From contig JBFWVL010000001.1 in NCBI GenBank assembly GCA_050246755.1, positions 480,001 through 544,000 of the forward strand: a DNA stretch of 64,000 bases, written 5' to 3'. The notes beneath the pieces are model-generated. The model was not told the origin of the DNA, ran no database searches, and saw only the letters and a program-made list of their open reading frames with translations. The DNA comes from Bacteriovoracia bacterium. GTDB taxonomy: Bacteria; Bdellovibrionota; UBA1018; CAIPTA01. Made by a program: the position numbers and the translations under genes. Position 1 is the first letter of the stretch; each line of letters opens with the position of its first letter. This document shows, piece by piece, positions 47,881-56,557 of the stretch.

Positions 47881-50800
47881 ATTTCGTTGAACTCTCGATC
47901 CGCCGCCCAATCTTCATCACTTGCTTAGTGCTCGTAATGCTCGCCGTGGGCTGGCGTTCGATGCAGAGCCTCGGGGTAGATCTTTTCCCGAACGTAACCT
48001 TTCCCGTGGTTACGGTTTCCACTCCCTACCCCGGCGCGAGCCCCAACGAGATCGAGACCCTGGTCTCCAAACCCATCGAAGACGAAGTAAGCACCATTTC
48101 CGGCCTCAAGCGCCTGAGCTCCATCAATAAAGAAGGCGTGAGCGTGGTGGTGGCCGAGTTCACCCTCGAAACCGACGTAAAATACGCCGAACAGCAGATC
48201 CGCGACCGCGTGTCCTCCGCCAAGACGAAATTGCCCAAAGACATTGAAGAGCCGATCATCCGCCGCATCGACCCCTCCGACCAGCCGGTGATTACGATTT
48301 CCCTCGAGGCCGACCTTAAGGACCAGGAGCTCTTCGAGCTCGCCGACAAGGTGATCCGTCCGAAAATCGAGCAGGTGAACCAAGTAGGCCTCGTGGAAAT
48401 TATCGGGGGCCGTGAGCGCGAGATCCATGTGGAGCTCGACCGTCAGAAATTAAAATCTTTTGAGATATCCGCCAGCCAAGTGGCCACCCGCCTCTCTTCC
48501 GCGGGCGAGAACGTGCCCGTGGGTAAAGTTTCCGCCGGCGCTAGCGAAACGGTTTTCCGCGCCCTTGGCCAGTTCGCGCATATCGAAGATATCAAGAGTA
48601 CAATCGTAAACTTCTTCGGCAGCGACGTGCCCGTGACCATCGCCGACGTCGGAACCGTAACTGATACCGTAAAAGACGAAACCTCCCGCGCCTTCGTGAA
48701 CGGCAAGAAGTCCGTATTCATCAACGTATTCCGCCAAAGCGGATCCAATACCATCGCGGTGGTGAACAACGTGCTCAAGCGCATGGACAAGATCAACGTG
48801 GAGGTGAAAGACCAGCCCGGATCGCCGAAGCTGCGCACTATCCGCAACGCCGCCGTGTGGATCGAGAACAACGTGAAGGACGTGGAAGAGTCCATTATGT
48901 ACGGGATCATCCTCGCCGTGCTCGTGGTGTATTTCTTCTTGGCCAATGGCCGCTCCACCATCATCACCGGCCTCGCCCTGCCCAATTCCCTGATCGGCGC
49001 CTTCGTGCTCATGGCGGCGGCGGGCTTCACGATTAATATCATGACCCTCCTCGCCCTCTCTCTCTCGGTGGGCTTGCTCATCGACGATGCCATCGTGGTG
49101 AGGGAAAATATATTCCGGCATATCGAGAACGGAGAAGAACCGATCACCGCCGCCCGCAATGGAACCAAGGAAGTGCAGCTGGCCGTAATCGCCACCACCT
49201 TCACCGTACTCGCGGTGTTCGGTCCGGTGGGCTTCCTAAAGGGCGTAGTGGGGCAATTCTTCAAAGAGTTCGGACTCACGATCTGCTTCGCGATGATGAT
49301 CTCCCTCTTTGATGCCCTCACCGTTGCGCCCATGCTCTCGGCCTACTTCGCCAGCCACAAAACGAAGCGCACCGGCGGTCTCTGGTACAATACCGTGGGC
49401 CGGGCCGTAAGGGGTTTTGGCCGTTTCCAGGACTGGCTCGAAGCCAAGTACATGAACGTGCTGAAATTCACCCTGCGCCGCCCTCTCTTCGTGCTCGGAA
49501 TGAGCTTCCTCGTTTTCCTCGGCTCTTGTTCCACCGTGATCTTCGTGCCGAAAACTTTCTTGCCCACCCAGGATGCCGGCGAGTTCCAGATCACCTTCGA
49601 TCTTCCCCCGGGTTCTTCCCTCGATAATACCCACAAGGTAGGCATTGAGATCGACAGGATCATTCACGAGAACAAAGCCGTGGAGCTTTCCGCCATGACC
49701 ATCGGCGACCGCGATGGCCAGGCCAACGTAGGCGATTTCTACATTAAGCTCGTACCGAGCCACCAGCGCCGTGGCATCAATACCAGCAAAGTGAAGCAGG
49801 ATCTGCGCGATGCGCTCAAGCCGATGATGAAGTATACGCCGGTAGTGAAAGACTACGATGCCGTGGGCGGGGGCCAGCGCCCTTTCCAGATGAATATCAT
49901 CGGCGACGACCAGAAACTCCTCGAAGAGTACGGCCTCAAGATGCTCGAGCGCGCCCGCGCCAATAAAGGCCTTAAAGACGTGGACGTGAATTTCCGCGTG
50001 GGCAAGCCCGAATTCCAGATCGCGATCGACAAGAACCGCGCCGACAAGCTCGGCGTGAGCACCGTGCAGGCGGGAATGGAATTGCGCACGCAGATCGAGG
50101 GCCTCACGCCCGCGAAATTCCGCGAGCACGGGGAAGAGTACGACGTGCGCGTGCGCCTCCGCGCCGACCAGCGCGACCTCAAGGGGAACTTCGAAAAAAC
50201 CTATGTGCCCAATATCAATTTCAATCTGGTGCGCCTGCGCGACGTGGCCACGGCGATCGATACCCAGGGCCCTTCCCGCATCAACCGCCAGGACCGCTCC
50301 CGCTACGTGCAGATCCAGGCCGATATCGCCCCGGGCGCCGGCATGGGCGACGTGATGAACGAGCTCACCAAGGACATGACCACGCCGGGCGAATTCAAGC
50401 TGCCGGACGGAATGCGCTACGGTTTCGTAGGCCAAGCCGAAAACTTCCAGGAACTCAACGATTCGATGGGAACCGCCATGATGTTCGGCGTGCTCTTCAT
50501 CTTCCTGGTTCTGGCTTCCCTCTACGAAAGCTTCGTGACCCCATTTACCATCATGCTCGCCCTTCCGCTCGCGATCTGCGGGTCCACCGTGGCCCTCGCC
50601 CTCACGGGAGAGAGCCTGAATATCTTCTCGATGATCGGAATGATCATGCTGCTCGGGGTGGCCACGAAGAACTCGATTCTTCTCGTGGACTATGCGCACC
50701 ATCTCGTGAAGGACGGTTCTTCCCGTTACGATGCCATGATGGCCGCCGGAAAAACGCGGCTCCGCCCCATCCTCATGACCACGATGGCCCTCATCGCGGG

Positions 50801-51014
50801 AACCTTGCCCGTAGCCATCGGCCTGAATGAGGCTGCTAAGCAGCGTACCTCCATGGGAGTGGCCATCATCGGCGGATTGGTGAGCTCTACGCTCCTGACT
50901 TTGATCGTGGTGCCGGCGGCGTATTCTTACGTAGATAGATTCCGGGTATGGAGCAAAGGCCTACTCGGCCGCGTGGTGGGATCTCATCCTTCCGTTCCGC
51001 ACGGGGATGCCTAA
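47877..51014 (+). CDS. AcrB/RND efflux permease
   Basis: SIRRP, YPGASP.EIE, GLLIDDAIVVRENI, KNSILLVD, RLRPILMTT. Confidence 0.97.
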   Translation: MNFVELSIRRPIFITCLVLVMLAVGWRSMQSLGVDLFPNVTFPVVTVSTPYPGASPNEIETLVSKPIEDEVSTISGLKRLSSINKEGVSVVVAEFTLETDVKYAEQQIRDRVSSAKTKLPKDIEEPIIRRIDPSDQPVITISLEADLKDQELFELADKVIRPKIEQVNQVGLVEIIGGREREIHVELDRQKLKSFEISASQVATRLSSAGENVPVGKVSAGASETVFRALGQFAHIEDIKSTIVNFFGSDVPVTIADVGTVTDTVKDETSRAFVNGKKSVFINVFRQSGSNTIAVVNNVLKRMDKINVEVKDQPGSPKLRTIRNAAVWIENNVKDVEESIMYGIILAVLVVYFFLANGRSTIITGLALPNSLIGAFVLMAAAGFTINIMTLLALSLSVGLLIDDAIVVRENIFRHIENGEEPITAARNGTKEVQLAVIATTFTVLAVFGPVGFLKGVVGQFFKEFGLTICFAMMISLFDALTVAPMLSAYFASHKTKRTGGLWYNTVGRAVRGFGRFQDWLEAKYMNVLKFTLRRPLFVLGMSFLVFLGSCSTVIFVPKTFLPTQDAGEFQITFDLPPGSSLDNTHKVGIEIDRIIHENKAVELSAMTIGDRDGQANVGDFYIKLVPSHQRRGINTSKVKQDLRDALKPMMKYTPVVKDYDAVGGGQRPFQMNIIGDDQKLLEEYGLKMLERARANKGLKDVDVNFRVGKPEFQIAIDKNRADKLGVSTVQAGMELRTQIEGLTPAKFREHGEEYDVRVRLRADQRDLKGNFEKTYVPNINFNLVRLRDVATAIDTQGPSRINRQDRSRYVQIQADIAPGAGMGDVMNELTKDMTTPGEFKLPDGMRYGFVGQAENFQELNDSMGTAMMFGVLFIFLVLASLYESFVTPFTIMLALPLAICGSTVALALTGESLNIFSMIGMIMLLGVATKNSILLVDYAHHLVKDGSSRYDAMMAAGKTRLRPILMTTMALIAGTLPVAIGLNEAAKQRTSMGVAIIGGLVSSTLLTLIVVPAAYSYVDRFRVWSKGLLGRVVGSHPSVPHGDA

Positions 51015-52522
51015 AAAACCCAGGGCTTTCCGTTCTTGTCGGTGAACTTCGTGGGATCGGTGGTCTGGCCGTCTTTCATCGGGCCATTATAATAAATGCC
51101 CTTCTCGGGATTGATGAGTCCCTTGAAGGTTCCGGTCATGAAACGGCCGGCCTTAAAAATTCCTTCGGCCACGCTGCCGTCGGGCTTCTTCATTTTTCCT
51201 TTTCCGTCCACCATGGAATTTTTGAATTCACCTTCGTATTCGGTGCCGTCGCTGAGCCGGCGTTTCATGGTTCCCTCCACGAAGTTGTCCCCGGAGAATT
51301 TACCGCTCAGGTAGGAGCCGTCTTTCCAGGTTTGCCGGCCCTCCACTAGCTTCCAGTCGGCGAATACGCCTTCGGATACCCTACCGGCCTCGCGCAAAAT
51401 CCCTCTGCCGTTAGGGCCGCGTCTCAGCGTTTCGCCAAAATAGGCCATTCCCTTGGCATACTGGATATGGTTTTCTACGGGCCGCCCCTCTTTTCTTTCC
51501 ACGATCGAGGTCATCTCATTGCCGTGAGAAATTTTCAGCATGGCCGTGAGCGGGATCGAGGCGTATCCGCCGGCCGTGGGTGTGGGCCAATTTTCTCCCC
51601 AAGAGTTTCTCACCTTCAACCGGCATTCTCCGTTCATGTTTTCCATGCCCACCACCGTGAGGTAATGCCCGCCGCAATTATTTTTTTCCGCCGGCGAAAC
51701 GGGAACGAGGCCGTCGGCCAATCCGGGGATTTGCATCATCTGCAGCGCGCATACCGCCACCAGCGTGGGGCGATGATTCAGTAAGTTCTGCTGAATTTCT
51801 TCCGCGTACTGGTCTCCCGTGTTGGCGCGCACGAGCTGAATATTGAATCCCGGGTTTAAAGGCCGGCGCTCAGCGCCCGCGCGCGGCAAGGGATATAGGA
51901 TCCGGCCTTGACCCACCTTCGCGAAAAAAGCCTCTTTGCTGAGGCTCTGGCTAAGCACCGTCACCAGTTCCGAAAATTCTTTTTCTAAGCCGATCGAAGC
52001 GGGGCTCTGATCCCGGCAGGCGAGCAATCCGGGATCTCCCACAAAATCTTTCTGGCGCTCATAGTAATCCGAAAGGCGGGCCAGCGTACCTTGGCTATCG
52101 AAATAGCTTTGGTCGAAGGGCAGATCGCTTTCCAGATAAATCTTTCCGGACCGCTGCACGCCCTCCAGTAGCCCGGAGGCGTTTGCCCCCGCGGCGTCGA
52201 GAAAGTCCGGCTCGAGCCCGCGCACGGCTTCGGGCCGGTCCGAGTTCCAAGAATTTAAATCGTTCGCGGAAATTCGGTCGCGGTAGGTGGTTTCATTTCT
52301 AACGGAATGATAAAAATGATCGATCACGGCCTTAGTCGCAAACGTAGCGCACCAGGGCGAGGGCCGCTGGTCGTCCACCGGAGGCATCTCGCTCGTAATA
52401 TCCGGGAACTCTCCGCCGCAATCACGTGCATATTTGGTATTCGTCAGCTCCGCAGGGGGCGGCACAAAGGCGTCGCCGGCGTAGGTGAAGGCCGAAAAGA
52501 AAAGCAAGAAGGCGAGGATCAC
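51011..52522 (-). CDS. Secreted papain-like (C1) cysteine protease with C-terminal MORN repeats
   Basis: DQ...WCATFA, GGHYLTVVG, VRNSWG; MORN-like units such as DGTEYEGEFKNSMVDGKGKM and DGSVAEGIFKAG. Confidence 0.85.
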   Translation of the reverse strand: MILAFLLFFSAFTYAGDAFVPPPAELTNTKYARDCGGEFPDITSEMPPVDDQRPSPWCATFATKAVIDHFYHSVRNETTYRDRISANDLNSWNSDRPEAVRGLEPDFLDAAGANASGLLEGVQRSGKIYLESDLPFDQSYFDSQGTLARLSDYYERQKDFVGDPGLLACRDQSPASIGLEKEFSELVTVLSQSLSKEAFFAKVGQGRILYPLPRAGAERRPLNPGFNIQLVRANTGDQYAEEIQQNLLNHRPTLVAVCALQMMQIPGLADGLVPVSPAEKNNCGGHYLTVVGMENMNGECRLKVRNSWGENWPTPTAGGYASIPLTAMLKISHGNEMTSIVERKEGRPVENHIQYAKGMAYFGETLRRGPNGRGILREAGRVSEGVFADWKLVEGRQTWKDGSYLSGKFSGDNFVEGTMKRRLSDGTEYEGEFKNSMVDGKGKMKKPDGSVAEGIFKAGRFMTGTFKGLINPEKGIYYNGPMKDGQTTDPTKFTDKNGKPWVF

Positions 52523-52911
52523 CGTTTGCCTCCCTTTACTCGTGCATGCTTCGCGTAGAGCGCGCGGGCCTCTATGAAGCTGAGATCCGAAAAAACGCAG
52601 AACTGGATTGCGGGCTCTTCAGCTTTCTTGGCTAATAGCTGGGTTCCGCCCAAAAGCTCGCAGTACGCACCGGGGGCGTTGCCGGCTTTGCTGCTTTTTA
52701 GCTGTTTCCACTTTGAAGGCCCTTTGAACACTTTCAGCGCCCGGCAACCGGCGTGATTCCGCAAACAAATATCATTCACCTTTAGGCCTTCTACTTCGCC
52801 CACGCGTGCTTGCACGGTTTTTCCGGCGTAGCGATAGGAATAGATTTCCGTAGCCGGGGCGGCAACGGCAAAAACGGCGGCAAGCAGCAGAAAATACGAG
52901 AAGATTCCCAT
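52519..52911 (-). CDS. Secreted hypothetical protein, DUF333-like C-terminus
   Basis: Signal peptide; GNAPGAYCELLGG...FCVFSD resembles the DUF333 NPAS.YC..GG...C.FPDG pattern. Confidence 0.65.
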   Translation of the reverse strand: MGIFSYFLLLAAVFAVAAPATEIYSYRYAGKTVQARVGEVEGLKVNDICLRNHAGCRALKVFKGPSKWKQLKSSKAGNAPGAYCELLGGTQLLAKKAEEPAIQFCVFSDLSFIEARALYAKHARVKGGKR

Positions 52912-53013
52912 GCTGGCTTTTCGGCTTTTTTGCTCTGCGAGCTTAGCCCTACACGCTAGCCGCATCTCATATTTTCGCTGGGAATTCCCGAGCGTAGCGT
53001 TTACACCTTAAGG

Positions 53014-53640
53014 ATGCGCATCCGCGAGAAACATCCCCTCTGGATCCGGGCCATGCACTGGCTGAACGTGCCCCTGCTGGCGCTGATGGCCTGGAGCGGG
53101 CTGCTGATTTACTGGGCGAATGATGCGTACCCAGGCTTCTTCCCCGAATGGTTCTATCAGCTCTTCCGCATCGACCACCGCCTAGCGGAGGGCCTCGCGA
53201 TTCACTTCACGGTGGCCTGGCCCTTCGTGATCAATGGGCTACTGTTCGTGCTCCTCACCTTCTCCTTGCGCCACTGGAAAGAGCTGTTGCCGAATGGAAA
53301 TTCCGTACGTAATTTCCTGCCCACGGTCCTTCACGACCTCGGCCTTCGCAAAAATGCTCCTGCCCAGGGTAAATTCAACGCCGCTCAGCAGTTTGCTTAT
53401 ACCGGCGCGATCCTGCTCGCTATCCTACAAGTGCTCACGGGATTCGCGATCTATAAGCCCCTGCAGTTGCATTGGCTCGCCTGGTGCTTGGGCGGCTACG
53501 AGACCGCGCGGCTCCTGCACTTCGCCGCGATGATTTTGCTCTTCCTATTCTTTCTCGTGCACGTGGCGCAGGTGATTCGCGCCGGCTGGAATAATTTCCG
53601 CGCGATGGTGGCAGGCTTCGAGGTAGACGATGAACCCTAA
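53014..53640 (+). CDS. Di-heme cytochrome b (Ni/Fe-hydrogenase cyt b family)
   Basis: R.MHWLN, HFTVAW, FNAAQ, ARLLHF, LVHV (four His ligands). Confidence 0.9.
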   Translation: MRIREKHPLWIRAMHWLNVPLLALMAWSGLLIYWANDAYPGFFPEWFYQLFRIDHRLAEGLAIHFTVAWPFVINGLLFVLLTFSLRHWKELLPNGNSVRNFLPTVLHDLGLRKNAPAQGKFNAAQQFAYTGAILLAILQVLTGFAIYKPLQLHWLAWCLGGYETARLLHFAAMILLFLFFLVHVAQVIRAGWNNFRAMVAGFEVDDEP

Positions 53641-54343
53641 AAACCGCACGCTCGTGAGCTTCACCGTTCTCGGCGCATTTTTTCTCTTGGTATGGGCTTC
53701 CTGGAGTTTCGCCTGGAGCCGTCCCCTGCGCGCTGGAGTGCCCGCGCCTTTCCGCGCCGTGCTCGAATGGAACGGAAAGATTTGGCAGAGCCTTTATAGC
53801 AATGCACGCGTGGCGCCGGCGAAGGCGCCCGCGGCGGGCACTGAGCCCCGGGTGAACGGCGAAATCGGCCTCGAAGAAGAGATCGACCTCGCCAAGTGGA
53901 AGCTCGAGGTGGTTTCCGTAGAAGGGAAAAGTAACTTCCTCACGATGGCGGACCTGCAAAAACTCCCCCGCACCGAGGCCACCTTCAATTTCAAGTGCAT
54001 CGAGGGCTGGAGCGAAGTGATGAGTTTTGCGGGCGTGAAGTTTTCGGATTTTCTTTTTGCCTACGGCCTGAGCGAAAAAGTTCCTTACGTGGGTCTCGAA
54101 ACTCCGGATGGGACGTACTACGTTTCGATCGACATGGCGAGCATGCTGCACCCCCAAACCCTGTTGGCCTTCGAAATGAATGGGAAAGCACTGGCCCAGG
54201 AAAACGGCGCCCCCCTGCGGCTCGCGATTCCCGTGAAATACGGAATCAAGAACCTAAAGCGCATCGGGAAGATCTTCTTCTCCCGCGAGCGGCCCCGGGA
54301 TTATTGGGCCGAACAGGGCTACGACTGGTTCTCGGGGCTATAA
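53630..54343 (+). CDS. Molybdopterin oxidoreductase, sulfite oxidase/MsrP family
   Basis: CIEGWS (Moco Cys), HPQTLLA.EMNG, GAPLRL..PVKYG.KN.K, YW.EQGYDW. Confidence 0.92.
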   Translation: MNPKNRTLVSFTVLGAFFLLVWASWSFAWSRPLRAGVPAPFRAVLEWNGKIWQSLYSNARVAPAKAPAAGTEPRVNGEIGLEEEIDLAKWKLEVVSVEGKSNFLTMADLQKLPRTEATFNFKCIEGWSEVMSFAGVKFSDFLFAYGLSEKVPYVGLETPDGTYYVSIDMASMLHPQTLLAFEMNGKALAQENGAPLRLAIPVKYGIKNLKRIGKIFFSRERPRDYWAEQGYDWFSGL

Positions 54344-54368
54344 AACCGCGGGATGGCGTCCGCGGCTT
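54342..54368. repeat. REP-like palindromic hairpin, copy 2
   Basis: aaaaccgcg-ggatggcgtc-cgcggctt at the stop codon of the Moco gene; 24/27 identical to 36848-36874. Confidence 0.7.
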
Positions 54369-54381
54369 TGAGGGCTGCTTT

Positions 54382-54408
54382 TAAAGATATTCACCACTTA
54401 ACCGATAA
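54382..54408 (+). promoter_or_regulatory. Sigma28 (FliA)-type promoter
   Basis: TAAA-N15-ACCGATAA, 6 nt before ATG 54415. Confidence 0.72.
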
Positions 54409-54414
54409 GCCTGC

Positions 54415-54777
54415 ATGAAGACCCTGATTCTCTGCGGGCTTATTTTCGGCGCTACCCTCGCGCTCGCGAACGAAGCCCTGGAAAACGAAGTTCTGGCGGA
54501 ACGGGAAGACGCCTACGAAGAGGCGCTCGACTGTGTTTCGAGCGCGATGGCGGAAACCAGTCACGCGCGCATGGTGACGGTAGTGCCCAATCCCGGGGCC
54601 GGTGGGGTGATGATTCATGGCCTGCGCTCTTGCTTTAAGTGCCAAGACGGCTGGGAGGCTGCCGTTAGCTACGAGCGCATCGCGCCTTACCTAACGGAAC
54701 GCGGCCAAGAGATGGTGAGGCACCACTCGAAAGCCCAAAAGCCCGTAGAGTCTCCACTGGTGAAGAACTGTTTTTAG
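54415..54777 (+). CDS. Small secreted hypothetical protein
   Basis: Signal peptide MKTLILCGLIFGATLALA. Confidence 0.7.
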   Translation: MKTLILCGLIFGATLALANEALENEVLAEREDAYEEALDCVSSAMAETSHARMVTVVPNPGAGGVMIHGLRSCFKCQDGWEAAVSYERIAPYLTERGQEMVRHHSKAQKPVESPLVKNCF

Positions 54778-54791
54778 GTTTTGAACTGCCG

Positions 54792-54831
54792 AAAAAAAAG
54801 CGCCTCTCGCAAGAGAAGCGCTTTTTCTTTT
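54792..54831. terminator. Bidirectional intrinsic terminator
   Basis: A-tract-GCGCCTCTC-GCAA-GAGAAGCGC-T-tract between convergent genes. Confidence 0.88.
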
Positions 54832-54846
54832 CTAAAAATCCGGGAT

Positions 54847-55320
54847 CTATTGCAGCAAGCTGCGAAGCATCCACGCGGTTTTTTCGTGGGTCTGCATGCG
54901 CTGGGTGAGCAGATCGGCAGTGGATTCGTCGGCCGCTTCGTCGGCCTCGGGGAACAGGGAACGGGCGGTGCGGATCACCGTCTCGTTGGCTTCCACCAGC
55001 TGCTTGATCATCTCTTTGGCTTCCGGCACGCCTTCGGCTTCAGGGATAGAGCTCAGCTTCGAGAACTCACGGTAGGAACCGGGAGCAAAGTGCCCGAGGG
55101 CGCGGATACGTTCGGCGATGGTATCGCTGGCGAGCGCGAGCTCGTTGTACTGGGTTTCGAACATGAGGTGCAAGGTTTGGAACATAGGACCCGTTACGTT
55201 CCAGTGAAAGTTATGGGTCTTGAGGTAGAGGGTATAGGTGTCGGCCAAGAGGCGCGACAAACCTTCCACGATCGCTTTGCGGTTTTTGTCTGAAATACCA
55301 ATATCCATTTTTGTTTGCAT
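54847..55320 (-). CDS. dps: Dps DNA-protecting mini-ferritin
   Basis: [39 protein letters not shown]. Confidence 0.97.
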   Translation of the reverse strand: MQTKMDIGISDKNRKAIVEGLSRLLADTYTLYLKTHNFHWNVTGPMFQTLHLMFETQYNELALASDTIAERIRALGHFAPGSYREFSKLSSIPEAEGVPEAKEMIKQLVEANETVIRTARSLFPEADEAADESTADLLTQRMQTHEKTAWMLRSLLQ

Positions 55321-55332
55321 AAATTCTCCCTT

Positions 55333-55365
55333 AAAAAAATCAGAAGGCCCTTACGGGCCCCCTGA
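55333..55365 (-). terminator. Intrinsic terminator between ahpD and dps
   Basis: Minus strand TCAGGGGGCCC-GTAA-GGGCCTTCTGA-TTTTTTT. Confidence 0.75.
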
Positions 55366-55374
55366 TCATAGCCC

Positions 55375-55917
55375 TTAAGCCGCCACTTCGCTGAGCGTCT
55401 TTAGTGCTTTTACCACTGACGCTATGCGCACCAGCTCATGTATCTTCTCGTGCGGCACTCCTGCCTCGCGGAGGACGTTTTCGTGGGAAACGACGCAGGT
55501 CTCACAGCCATTCACGATCGAAACCGCGAAGGCCAGCATCTCAAACTGCACTTTTCCCAATACCGGCCGGGCCAGGGAGGTCATCCGTAAACCCGCCTGC
55601 GCGTAGTCGGTTTGCTTCTCTTCTCCTACTTTGAAGATGAAGGAACGGAACTTATAGTAGGTATTGAGCATGCCCATGATCGCGGCACTTTCTTCCCCTT
55701 CCCGAATTTCTTCCGGCGCCACTTCCATGGCACGTAGGCGCTCGCGCGCCGCTTTGGCTAGTTCATCATAGCCCACGGAGCGGGCCGTGGCGAGTACCGC
55801 CAGGGCCGCTTCTTTGGGCTCGAGTTTCTCTCCCGCGAGCAAGCGCTCGAAGTTGAGGTTGAGGTCACGCGCGATGGTGGTATCACGATCGGCTAGAAGA
55901 GATTTTATTTGTTCCAT
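55375..55917 (-). CDS. ahpD: Alkyl hydroperoxide reductase AhpD
   Basis: ARDL.LN, AAIMGM.N.YY.F, FE...AVS.VNGCETCV.SHE. Confidence 0.92.
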   Translation of the reverse strand: MEQIKSLLADRDTTIARDLNLNFERLLAGEKLEPKEAALAVLATARSVGYDELAKAARERLRAMEVAPEEIREGEESAAIMGMLNTYYKFRSFIFKVGEEKQTDYAQAGLRMTSLARPVLGKVQFEMLAFAVSIVNGCETCVVSHENVLREAGVPHEKIHELVRIASVVKALKTLSEVAA

Positions 55918-55935
55918 GAAAATTTCCTTTCTTGC

Positions 55936-56484
55936 TTAGCCAGCGAGGGTAGCTTTGCCTTTTTCCCAGTTGCAGGGGCAGAGCTCGTCGGTTTGGAGCG
56001 CGTCGATGGTGCGCAGGATTTCTTTCACGTTGCGCCCCACGTTCAGATCATAAACACTCACGTGGCGGATGATGCCTTCGGGGTCCACGATGAAGGTAGC
56101 GCGGTAAGGCACTTTCTCCGTGGGGTGAAGTACGCCGAGCGCCTCCGAAAGATCCTTTTTATTGTCGGCCAGCATAGGGAAGTTCAGGCCCTTCAAATCC
56201 GGGTGCGCGTTTCTCCAGGCTAAGTGCACGTACTGGGAATCCGTGCTCACGCCGAACACTTGGGTTTCCCGCTGGCCAAAGCTCTTTAGCTCCTTGTTGA
56301 ATTCTGCGATCTCGGTGGGGCACACGAAGGTAAAATCCAAGGGCCAGAAGAATACCACCGACCACTTCCCGTGCAGGTCTGCCGAGGTGAATTCCTTAAA
56401 CTCCTTATTTTTCTCGAGCGACACCACGCCCTGGATTTTAAAGTCCGGAAATTTTTCGCCCACGTTCATTACCCGATTGCTCAT
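55936..56484 (-). CDS. ahpC: Peroxiredoxin AhpC (mycobacterial-like, CPC resolving motif)
   Basis: FWPLDFTFVCPTEI, RATFIVDP, VGRN, ALQTDELCPCNW. Confidence 0.96.
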   Translation of the reverse strand: MSNRVMNVGEKFPDFKIQGVVSLEKNKEFKEFTSADLHGKWSVVFFWPLDFTFVCPTEIAEFNKELKSFGQRETQVFGVSTDSQYVHLAWRNAHPDLKGLNFPMLADNKKDLSEALGVLHPTEKVPYRATFIVDPEGIIRHVSVYDLNVGRNVKEILRTIDALQTDELCPCNWEKGKATLAG

Positions 56485-56522
56485 ACCTAGATACTCCTTA
56501 TTTATTTTAGAACTAATCCGTA

Positions 56523-56539
56523 CTTAGAACCATTCTAAA
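56523..56539. promoter_or_regulatory. ICE/Per-like box upstream of ahpC
   Basis: CTTAGAA-CCA-TTCTAAA, with an adjacent half site TTTAGAA at 56506. Confidence 0.8.
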
Positions 56540-56557
56540 TACGAAACCAAAAAAAAC

